Shown here: positions 1 to 8,745 of the stretch, piece after piece
Position numbering within the stretch: the stretch's first letter is position 1
How the letters are laid out: each line of letters opens with the position of its first letter
NCBI GenBank assembly: GCA_037129105.1
Contig: JBAXVM010000001.1
Coordinates: 1-51,703, forward strand
From: a bacterium
GTDB lineage: Bacteria > Verrucomicrobiota > Kiritimatiellia > RFP12 > CAIWXQ01
Length of the DNA stretch: 51,703 nucleotides
Direction of reading: 5' to 3'
The notes under the pieces: generated by a model
Told to the model about the DNA's origin: nothing
Database searches by the model: none
What the model saw: the letters and a program-made list of their open reading frames with translations, nothing else
Translations under genes and position numbers: made by a program

Positions 1-45
1 ACTTAGCCTTCTGGGGGTACAAACCTTCTGCCGACAGGCTGCTAG
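1..45 (+). repeat. Family-1 CTAG-bounded hairpin repeat, copy truncated by the window edge (CAGCC subfamily, forward)
   Basis: acttagcc...ttctgccgacaggctgctag aligns with the loop side and 3' arm of the complete copies listed below. Confidence 0.6.
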
Positions 46-47
46 TT

Positions 48-170
48 CTAGGAAACCCGCCGCCATGAGCAAAATCTACGCGCAAGTGGCAGCCAAAGAC
101 CCGGCAAAACAGCCAAATTTCTTGTTTTGGTGCCATTCACTAACCGTTTACGGCGGGTTTCCCTTACTAG
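48..170 (-). repeat. Family-2 repeat, only complete copy: 123 nt, CTAG at both ends, 12-bp terminal inverted repeats
   Basis: GGAAACCCGCCG (51-62) is the reverse complement of CGGCGGGTTTCC (151-162). The end 133-170 reappears in the opposite orientation at 43611-43649 and, degenerate, at 38294-38327. Confidence 0.55.
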
Positions 171-228
171 GAACCTGTCGGCAGAAGGCACCGGAACGAT
201 CCAAGGCCTAAGTCCGACAGGTTCCTAG
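167..228 (-). repeat. Family-1 CTAG-bounded hairpin repeat (GAACC subfamily), reverse orientation
   Basis: 62 nt. It is the exact reverse complement of 33877-33938 (62/62 by manual comparison). A 15-bp perfect basal stem includes both CTAGs. A truncated extra arm follows at 225-242. Confidence 0.85.
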
Positions 229-260
229 GAACCTGTCGGACGCTGCATTCTCAGGGTTCG

Positions 261-1868
261 CTATTTCGCACCACGCCCCCACTCCATGCGCCGGATGCGT
301 GCCATCGCGCCGACCCGGGGCAATGGCCAGGCAACCATGTAGGCCACGTGCTCAAACCCCGGAAGCGGCGCACCGTTGCTATCGCGAAACTGATCGGCCG
401 TCAACCGGTGCACCCCGTCCGGCGGGTTTTCCACCTTCCACTCGTAGGATGCACCCGCAACGCACGAAAGCCCGGGCCAGGCACACCCCTCCAGTTCGAT
501 TAGCAACAGGTCTGTCTCCGGGGGCGGACGGGATTCAGGCCGATTCATACCGAAGAAGAGGAGCGACAGTCGCCGCTCGCAGTCGGAACGAAACGTCAGG
601 CCATTGGAGTCAAAAGTCACCTCGCTTGCAAGCGAGCCGGCGGCCTCCGGTTCGACCGTATACTGAAAGCCCCAGCCATCCAACCGATTGGGGCCAAACA
701 ACACCGGGTCCGGCAAGACGTTCGCACGGGGCATGCTCAGGCAGACGGGCGTGGAACTGAGCGTCAGGCCCGTCTGCTGATCGGTGAAGCGCACAAAGAT
801 CCACGCATCCCCGGTGACCGTGAGATCGCAGGACAGGCCCCCGCTGTCCGTGCGTTGCCAGGCCTTGTGTTCACCCCAGCATCGCAGGGGGTGCCGGGCG
901 GAACCGAAGCTGGCCCACACGGCCAACGTATCCATGGATCCTTCAGTCTCAACACGGATCGAACTGTCCCCCGTGACAATCACACGCACCGGCGGCGCCG
1001 CCGGGACAGGCGGACCGCCACGCAGGTGATGATCAAACCAGGCTTCCATGGTCAACCGGCTACCCGCATCGAACCCGTGATTCACATTCGGCGTATAGTC
1101 ACAGCGCCAGTCAGTCGGGATCGCCGGCAAAAGCTGTGCGGCTGTATCGAAGCCGCCAAAGAAATCATTCGCGCCGTTGAGATGCAGCACCGGCGCGCGC
1201 TGCGTGTATGCATAACCGGCCGGCTCCAGGCAGCGGATCCACTCCCGACGCACGGCCTCCGGCGTCCGGGCCCACTCGGCGTTATCCGAATTCCCCGGCC
1301 AATAAAGACCGCCGGTTCCATAGATGGGTACGGCGCATTTGGGAATCCCGTCTATCCCATTCACGAGCCACGTGATAAAGCCCCCCCAGGAGATGCCATA
1401 GAGGCCGATACGCTCCCGGTCTACCTCCTCGCGGGAGGCCAACAGCGCCAGGCAGCAACGCGCCGCGCAGGCGGCAAGAAACGGGTACGTATGCGTCACA
1501 TCGTGACGCGCGCACGTCACCAGCGGATCAAAGGCAGGCGGAATGGAATCCGGGTAGGATGTGCATGCGGAATCTGCGCCCCAGAACCCCCAGTCAAACG
1601 TCATCGCCGCATAGCCGCGCCGGATGTTGTAGCGCAGATTGCTGCGGCTGGCGGTCTGGCATCCGCCATGAATATGCAGGATGGCCGGGAAGGGGCCACG
1701 CCCTTCCGGGCACCCGAAGATTCCATAGGTGCGAACCGGCCCATCGGGAAGCTTGAACGTGGTGATCCGAAACGGCCGCAGCGTCACCCCGGCTTCCATA
1801 ACCGGCTCCAGCCACTCCAGGTCGAACCGCGATGGATCGGGACAGAAATTGCGCAACGGGTTCATCAT
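261..1868 (-). CDS. alpha/beta-hydrolase esterase (acetyl-xylan-esterase / dienelactone-hydrolase-like) with extra C-terminal domain
   Basis: 535-aa ORF with a GISWGG nucleophile elbow (GxSxG) and an HIHGG motif upstream; family call by motif only. Confidence 0.65.
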   Translation of the reverse strand: MMNPLRNFCPDPSRFDLEWLEPVMEAGVTLRPFRITTFKLPDGPVRTYGIFGCPEGRGPFPAILHIHGGCQTASRSNLRYNIRRGYAAMTFDWGFWGADSACTSYPDSIPPAFDPLVTCARHDVTHTYPFLAACAARCCLALLASREEVDRERIGLYGISWGGFITWLVNGIDGIPKCAVPIYGTGGLYWPGNSDNAEWARTPEAVRREWIRCLEPAGYAYTQRAPVLHLNGANDFFGGFDTAAQLLPAIPTDWRCDYTPNVNHGFDAGSRLTMEAWFDHHLRGGPPVPAAPPVRVIVTGDSSIRVETEGSMDTLAVWASFGSARHPLRCWGEHKAWQRTDSGGLSCDLTVTGDAWIFVRFTDQQTGLTLSSTPVCLSMPRANVLPDPVLFGPNRLDGWGFQYTVEPEAAGSLASEVTFDSNGLTFRSDCERRLSLLFFGMNRPESRPPPETDLLLIELEGCAWPGLSCVAGASYEWKVENPPDGVHRLTADQFRDSNGAPLPGFEHVAYMVAWPLPRVGAMARIRRMEWGRGAK

Positions 1869-1915
1869 GGAGCTCTTTCTGATCTGCCTGAGAAGCGGAA
1901 ACGGTTAACACCGGG

Positions 1916-3598
1916 TCACCGGGGTTTAGCGTCAAACATCCCTTGATACGCCACGCGGCGGATCTTCTGCGTTGACGTGCGCTCCAGCGGTTCGCGCCGC
2001 ACCTCAATCTTGCGAGGGTGTTTGTAATCCGCCAGCTCGCGGCACTGTTCCTGAACCGCCTGCCGCAGCAGGCTCTCAACTTCCGGCCAGGGGGGTACTT
2101 CTCCGTTGTGCTGCGCCCGGATCACGTCCAAATTCGGAACCAGAATCGCGCCCACCCTTTCGCCGGTTTCATCTGCATCCTGATATCCAATGACCACGAC
2201 GTCGAGAATCACAGGGTTGCGTGCAATGGCCTGCTCAACCTCCTCGGGGTAGATATTCTTCCCTTCACGGTTGACGATCAACGCCTTGCACCGGCCGCGA
2301 ATGGTGATGAAACCATCTGCATCCATGGACGCAAGGTCGCCCGTGCGCAGCCAGGGACCGTCGAACGCCGCCGCAGTCGCATCGGCGTTATGAAAGTACC
2401 CCTTCATCACAATGGGGCCGCAAACCTGCAACTCCCCCACCCCCTGCTCATTCGGTTGTGCAATACGCACCTCGATATTCGGCAGCTTGTAGCCAATCGT
2501 TCCAGGGCGCGTATGCTCCGGAGACGAAAGCGAGACCACTGGTGAGGTCTCGGTGAGACCATACCCCTCGATAATGTTAATGCCCAGGGTACGGCATCCT
2601 TCCAGCATGCGCACCGAACTGGGGGCACCGCCGACCAGCAACATCCGCAGCTTCCCGCCCAGCGACTTCCGCACCTGCGCGCGCACCCAAAAACCGAGGC
2701 CGCACCCGAGCAAAAGGCGGGCCATCCGGCTGGCTCGAATCCGGGATTCGATCCGGTCATGCAGCTTCTCAACCAGCAGCGGCACAGCCATGAAGACGGT
2801 TGGTTGCAGCACCAGCATATCCTCGCCAATCGTCCGCAGCCCCTGAACAAAACTCATGCAGCTGCCGCAGCAGATCGGCATCAGGAAATTGGCGGTAAAG
2901 GAGAAGGCATGAAACAAAGGCAGCACGACCAGAAAATTGTCGCGACGGCTGAGATCCGTAATGATGCCGAGGCATCCTTCTACATCCGCGCAGAAATTGC
3001 CGTGTGTGAGCATGGCGCCCTTGGGCTTGCCCGTGGTCCCGGAGGTATAGATAATGGATGCCACGCTCTCCCGCGCAGGCTGGTGGGTGTCGAACCAGGC
3101 GCCGGGTGCGGCGGCGGCCGCGGCGGCCGAGACCAGCGAACTTTCGTAATCCAGACAGGTCCGCCCGTCGCAGGACGTTCGGCCCGCATGCTTGTCGTTC
3201 ACAAAGACGAGCGTGCGCAGGCCTGGCAGCTGCGGCAGAATCTTTTCCAGATCAGCGCCATGTTTTACGCTGGCAAAAAGTGCCACGGCCCCGGCGTCGG
3301 CCAAGATATACGCGATCTCCGGTGGTCGCAGCTTGGGGTCAATCGGCACCACAATGATACCTGTGCCGGCGAGTGCCGCATAGATCTCCATCCATTCCGG
3401 GCCGTTCTCCAGCAGGAGTCCCACCGGATCGCCCCCCGGCGTGAGATGCAGCTGACCGGCCACTTCCGCAGCCTGGCGGATGCGGGCATGGAACTCGCGG
3501 TATGTCCGGCTGACCCAGAAACCGTCGCGATAAAAACGCAGGGCCGTTGCCTCCGGCATCCGCTGCACGGTGTTTTCCAGCAGGTTGCGAATCGTCAT
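1916..3598 (-). CDS. AMP-dependent acyl-CoA synthetase (long-chain fatty acid-CoA ligase-like)
   Basis: 560-aa ORF with AMP-binding signature YTSGTTGKPKGAMLTHGN and GYGLTETS. Confidence 0.85.
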   Translation of the reverse strand: MTIRNLLENTVQRMPEATALRFYRDGFWVSRTYREFHARIRQAAEVAGQLHLTPGGDPVGLLLENGPEWMEIYAALAGTGIIVVPIDPKLRPPEIAYILADAGAVALFASVKHGADLEKILPQLPGLRTLVFVNDKHAGRTSCDGRTCLDYESSLVSAAAAAAAPGAWFDTHQPARESVASIIYTSGTTGKPKGAMLTHGNFCADVEGCLGIITDLSRRDNFLVVLPLFHAFSFTANFLMPICCGSCMSFVQGLRTIGEDMLVLQPTVFMAVPLLVEKLHDRIESRIRASRMARLLLGCGLGFWVRAQVRKSLGGKLRMLLVGGAPSSVRMLEGCRTLGINIIEGYGLTETSPVVSLSSPEHTRPGTIGYKLPNIEVRIAQPNEQGVGELQVCGPIVMKGYFHNADATAAAFDGPWLRTGDLASMDADGFITIRGRCKALIVNREGKNIYPEEVEQAIARNPVILDVVVIGYQDADETGERVGAILVPNLDVIRAQHNGEVPPWPEVESLLRQAVQEQCRELADYKHPRKIEVRREPLERTSTQKIRRVAYQGMFDAKPR

Positions 3599-3723
3599 AG
3601 CACAGTTACACCCGTCGTTAGCTCAAGAATGAATTGCGACCAACTTTAACTTCTTTTCCGTCACACGCCAACGGCTTTTGTTGGAAGGGCCGGAGTCCGC
3701 CGGGCAGCCAGCTCCGTTCTGGC

Positions 3724-3756
3724 AAACAAAAAAAGAGCCGGCGAATCGCCGGCTCT
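3724..3756 (-). terminator. Rho-independent terminator downstream of gdhA
   Basis: Minus-strand RNA reads AGAGCCGGCG-AUU-CGCCGGCUCU followed by U7: a 10-bp GC-rich stem and 3-nt loop, 60 nt after the gdhA stop. Confidence 0.7.
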
Positions 3757-3815
3757 GGCCGGGATAACCCCGGCTCTACCTCGTATGATCGCCAAGCCGC
3801 GGGGCTTGCGCAGGA

Positions 3816-5204
<1,389 letters not shown>

Positions 5205-5298
5205 TCACGGGCGTCCCCCTATACGGCAGACACATGCCAAGAATAGGCGCGATAGAATCGCATGGCAACGGGCAGAATACATTTTTTGTTTGTTTTTG

Positions 5299-5314
5299 AC
5301 GGCATTTATGCCGT
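5299..5314. promoter_or_regulatory. Perfect palindrome ACGGCAT-TT-ATGCCGT in the gdhA / nrpR-like divergent intergenic region (candidate operator)
   Basis: 7-bp arms. It lies within a possible TTGTTT-18-TATTAT promoter upstream of the NrpR-like gene. A weaker related site, ACGGCA-N5-ATGCC, is at 5223-5238. Confidence 0.3.
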
Positions 5315-5368
5315 ATTATAGGCGCCATACATCAGTCCAGACGGCAATATCTCCGAAGAAACGCGAAT

Positions 5369-6361
5369 ATGGGTGCAAAAGCTGAACGAGCTGTAGCTGC
5401 CATTCTGCGGGTGTTGCACGAAGCTCATACTCCGCTGGGGGCCGAGCGCATCGTGGAAGCCTTGCTGGCCGCGGGCGTGGATCTTTGTCCTCGCACGGTA
5501 CGGCTGCATCTTCTGGACATGGACCGGCGCGGCCTGACCCAGTTGGTCAACCGCCGGGCCGGGCGGATAATCACCAAAGCCGGCCGTGAGGAAAATGGTC
5601 GCACAGATGTCATCACGAAGGTCGGGGTGATCTCCGCGCGCGTCGACACGCTGACCTATCAAATGACTTTTGACTCCAGGAGCGGCGAAGGCTCCGTGGT
5701 TGTAAACACCACCCTGCTACACCCAGCCAATCTCAGTCCGGCACTGGCCGAGATCCGCCGGGTATTGCGGGATCACCTGGGGATTTCGAATCGCGTGCTG
5801 GTGGCCCGCGCCGGCGGACAGATTGGCGGCGTGGTGGTGCCGGAGAACTTTGTCGGCATCGGCACGGTTTGCAGCGTCACCATCAATGGCATCCTGCTAC
5901 ACCGCTGCATTCCTGTAACCTCCCGCTTCGGCGGTCTACTTGAGATTCGCGACCGGCGACCGCTGAGATTTGTCGAACTGATCGAATACCGCGGCTCCAC
6001 CCTGGACCCGCTGGAAGTCTTTATCCAGGCTGGCATGACGCGCGTACGCGACGTCCTTCAGCAGGGCTCCGGCGTCATCTGCGCGGGTTTCCGGGAGATT
6101 CCAGCCCCGGCCGTGGAAGATGTAAAGGCGCTTGTCAGCCAACTGCGACCGCTGGGCATTGGCGGCATTATCGCCGTGGGCCGTCCCAACCAGCCGCTGT
6201 TCGGCATCCCCGTGACAGACGGCCATGCCGGACTGGTTGTGGTGGGCGGTCTCAATCCAATCGCCGCGGTGCGCGAAGCCGGCTATGCCGTGCGCATCCG
6301 CTCACTAGCCGGCCTAGAGGATTTCTCCCGGCTGCGACCGGTGGACGCGGCGACCGTGTAG
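5369..6361 (+). CDS. NrpR-like (DUF128) transcriptional regulator, winged-helix plus one NrpR regulatory domain
   Basis: 330 aa. The N-terminal segment RTVRLHLLDMDRRGLT...GRIITKAG, followed by TVCSVTINGILLHRCIPVTSRFGGLLEI, IEYRGSTLDPLEVF, GFREIP and GGLNPIAAVREAG, resembles my recollection of archaeal NrpR. Not verified by search. Confidence 0.55.
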   Translation: MGAKAERAVAAILRVLHEAHTPLGAERIVEALLAAGVDLCPRTVRLHLLDMDRRGLTQLVNRRAGRIITKAGREENGRTDVITKVGVISARVDTLTYQMTFDSRSGEGSVVVNTTLLHPANLSPALAEIRRVLRDHLGISNRVLVARAGGQIGGVVVPENFVGIGTVCSVTINGILLHRCIPVTSRFGGLLEIRDRRPLRFVELIEYRGSTLDPLEVFIQAGMTRVRDVLQQGSGVICAGFREIPAPAVEDVKALVSQLRPLGIGGIIAVGRPNQPLFGIPVTDGHAGLVVVGGLNPIAAVREAGYAVRIRSLAGLEDFSRLRPVDAATV

Positions 6362-6548
6362 AACGCATGGTCTTTTCCTGAAGCTGTCGGGAATTCTCAC
6401 CACGAAGGACTCGAAGAGCACGAAGTTCAATAAATTCGACAGTTTCGGTCATTCCCAGCGTCCGATTACGGGAATCTTCGTGTTCTTCGAATCTTCGTGG
6501 TGGACGCCGCCAAAGTGGCGCTTCAGGAAAAGACCATGGTGTAGAACG
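6356..6548. mobile_element. MITE: 173-bp imperfect palindrome (6366-6538) with 19-bp perfect terminal inverted repeats, flanked by a 10-bp direct repeat
   Basis: CATGGTCTTTTCCTGAAGC (6366-6384) is the reverse complement of 6520-6538. An inner inverted repeat pairs 6398-6425 with 6476-6502. GTGTAGAACG occurs at 6356-6365 and again at 6539-6548. There is no coding capacity. Confidence 0.8.
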
Positions 6549-6605
6549 GACAGGACCATCTTCCATTCTTGCAACCTACCTCCTTTTATTAGACAATTCG
6601 CCTCC

Positions 6606-6634
6606 TTGCATCCGGCGGCAAAAGACCGTATAAC
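6606..6634 (+). promoter_or_regulatory. Candidate sigma-70 promoter for infA (TTGCAT-17-TATAAC)
   Basis: -35 at 6606-6611, 17-nt spacer, -10 at 6629-6634, 27 nt upstream of the infA ATG. Confidence 0.35.
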
Positions 6635-6660
6635 AGATGTGAACAACGAATGGAAAACGT

Positions 6661-6882
6661 ATGCCCAGTGATGACGCCATAGAAGTGATCGGTACAGTGG
6701 TCAAGGTGCTGCCAGCCACAATGTACAAGGTAAAGCTTGAGAACGGGCATGAGGTGCTCGCGCATATTTCCGGCAAAATGCGCAAGTTCTTTATCAAGAT
6801 CGCAGCCGGCGACAAGGTTACACTTGAAATTTCACCCTACGACCTTTCCAAAGGGCGCATTATTTACCGCCACAAGTCGTAA
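6661..6882 (+). CDS. infA: translation initiation factor IF-1
   Basis: 73 aa; the S1-like sequence [64 protein letters not shown] is diagnostic. Confidence 0.95.
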   Translation: MPSDDAIEVIGTVVKVLPATMYKVKLENGHEVLAHISGKMRKFFIKIAAGDKVTLEISPYDLSKGRIIYRHKS

Positions 6883-6900
6883 GCTGTTTGACCGGCCCCC

Positions 6901-8007
6901 ATGCTCCCCTCCCCTCTGATCCTGCCCGGGCGCACACTGGCTGCAGCCCATGCCATCCGCACGCTCGGCGCGGAGGCGAGTTTGTTCGGCGCCTCCGGCC
7001 TGCTGGTGCATGGACGCTCGCTGCGTGCCTCAGGGCAGCTTGGCACCATCCTCGAATCCGCTCCAGCCGGACTGCGTATCACCTGCCACGAACACCCGGG
7101 CGGAGAACCGACCACGGACGAAGTCGAGCTGTTGCGCACCCGGCTTCGCGAAACAGCCGTAGACTGGGTCGCCGCCGTGGGCGGTGGCAGCGTCATTGAT
7201 CTAGCCAAGGCGGCAGCCGGACTGCGCGACGCGCCTTTGCCTGTTTCCGCCTACCAGTCTGGCAGCCCTGTACCGCCAGCCGCCCTGCCACTGATTGCAG
7301 CACCTACCACCGCCGGAACCGGGTCCGAGGGAACGATCGTGTCGGTGTTGACCGACACCACACGTCTGTTGAAGCAGTCTATCCGGCATCCCAGCTATAT
7401 GCCGCGCCTGGTGATCCTGGATCCGGACCTGCTGCGTAGTTGCCCGCCCGCCACCCTTGCGGCCTCCGGCATGGACGCCTTTGTGCAAGCGTTCGAATCG
7501 TATACCAGCCGATTTGCCACGCCCTTCACCCGCACACTTTCCGAACTGGCGATGGTGCGCATCGCGCAAGCCCTGCCTGCTGTCTATACGGGCGACTGGA
7601 CCTTGGCCGCGGATTTACTCGAAGGCAGCTACACTGCCGGACTGGCGCTGTCACACGCCCGGCTGGGCGTGGTGCATGGACTGGCGCATCCACTGGGCGT
7701 GCGCTGGCGCATCCCGCATGGCGCGGTCTGCGCCGCCTGCTTCCCGGCCGCGCTGCGTTTCAACCGGGAGGTTCTGTCGCATGACCTGGAATATCTGCGC
7801 GCGCGGCTCGGACGCGATGTGGAAGCGCTCATGGCCGATTGGCGGCAGCAGATGCAACTGGTCTCGCCATTCGCCGCAGCGGCGCCCGGCGACCGGACCG
7901 AGATCATCCGCGAAGTGCTGGCATCCGGCTCCACGGCAGCCAATCGGCGCCCCGTGACCGCCGCAGACGTACACACGCTGCTGAACGACATCTTTACTCC
8001 GGAATGA
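6901..8007 (+). CDS. iron-containing (group III) alcohol dehydrogenase family protein
   Basis: 368 aa with GGGSVIDLAKA and C-terminal His-rich metal-site region (HGLAHPLG...HG). Confidence 0.7.
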   Translation: MLPSPLILPGRTLAAAHAIRTLGAEASLFGASGLLVHGRSLRASGQLGTILESAPAGLRITCHEHPGGEPTTDEVELLRTRLRETAVDWVAAVGGGSVIDLAKAAAGLRDAPLPVSAYQSGSPVPPAALPLIAAPTTAGTGSEGTIVSVLTDTTRLLKQSIRHPSYMPRLVILDPDLLRSCPPATLAASGMDAFVQAFESYTSRFATPFTRTLSELAMVRIAQALPAVYTGDWTLAADLLEGSYTAGLALSHARLGVVHGLAHPLGVRWRIPHGAVCAACFPAALRFNREVLSHDLEYLRARLGRDVEALMADWRQQMQLVSPFAAAAPGDRTEIIREVLASGSTAANRRPVTAADVHTLLNDIFTPE

Positions 8008-8590
8008 ACAGCGTCTGCCCGGCCTTGAGATTATCGTCCTTCAGGGCATTGGCCTTCCGGATCGCGGCGGGCGTGGTCTTATACGCCTTGGCGATATCCA
8101 CAAGTTTCTGTCCGGCAACCACGGTGTGCATGTACCCGTTCTTCCTTTCGGTGGCCGACGGGGGAGCCGTGTTGGCCACAACCGTGGCCATATATTTGTT
8201 AATGCGTGCGGTGAGATCATCCACGATCTCCCGGCGCATGACCTCGCGATCCGCACGCACCTGGTTCAGCTCCCGGCGCATGGCCACCAGATCCTCACGC
8301 ATCTTGCCGTTTTCGCGCGCGAGCGACTCCAGACGATCCAGGCGCTCAACCAGCCGGGCCTGCGTCTGATCCATTCCTGCCATCTGACTCTTCACCATGG
8401 CGGCCTCACGCTGCGCCTGCTGCTGCAGCAGCTCCTGCCGCGCCCGCGCATTGTCGACTTTCGGCTCTTCGCCGGCCCAGTAGACCTTACCGTCTACGGA
8501 CGTACAACCGGCAACCAGAAAGCCGGACGCCAAAGTCATCACCCAAAAGCCACCGCTCACCAGCGCACGGGCTGTCATTGAAATTCGCAT
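7994..8590 (-). CDS. LysM-domain lipoprotein with coiled-coil region
   Basis: Start taken at MRISMTARAL (the ORF extends to 8653). It has lipobox LVAGC and a C-terminal LysM (HTVVAGQKLVDIAKAYKTTPAAIRKANALKDDNLKAGQTLFIP). It overlaps the convergent ADH gene by 14 nt. Confidence 0.7.
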   Translation of the reverse strand: MRISMTARALVSGGFWVMTLASGFLVAGCTSVDGKVYWAGEEPKVDNARARQELLQQQAQREAAMVKSQMAGMDQTQARLVERLDRLESLARENGKMREDLVAMRRELNQVRADREVMRREIVDDLTARINKYMATVVANTAPPSATERKNGYMHTVVAGQKLVDIAKAYKTTPAAIRKANALKDDNLKAGQTLFIPE

Positions 8591-8745
8591 GCCTATTCCT
8601 CCATCGAAGGTAACCCACGCAAACAAAATACGCGTATTCGCTCCGCTCGGCAATCAAAACCGTTCTGCGCTTGACCTTCGCGCGACGGGAGGCTATCTCT
8701 GTTCACCAACAACCGGACAACCCTACCTGCCACAGGACCATCCCC

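Noticed and set aside
855-1946. Long ORFs antisense to or out of frame with real genes (for example 855..1946 +, 2759..3649 +, 18219..19250 +, 20867..22120 +, 25536..26639 -, 28288..29124 -, 42027..42959 -, 48506..50176 -)
   Set aside because: They lie opposite or overlapping genes with unmistakable conserved motifs. Their products are Arg/Pro/Gly/Ala-rich with no motifs. Long shadow ORFs are expected in high-GC DNA because stop codons are rare.
6252-6671. ORFs 6252..6566 (-) and 6480..6671 (+) between the NrpR-like gene and infA
   Set aside because: Both are generated by the two arms of the 173-bp palindromic MITE and lack start context or motifs.
8671-8745. Upstream extensions of track ORFs (8671, 31373, 36629, 38616, 45209, 48224, 5204, 8653, 13373, 25386, 22410)
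   Set aside because: In each case an internal ATG fits better. The support is an ATGA stop/start overlap with the upstream gene, an SD-like sequence, a signal peptide beginning at that Met, or the conserved N-terminus of the family. Several extensions also overlap the neighbouring gene or a repeat.
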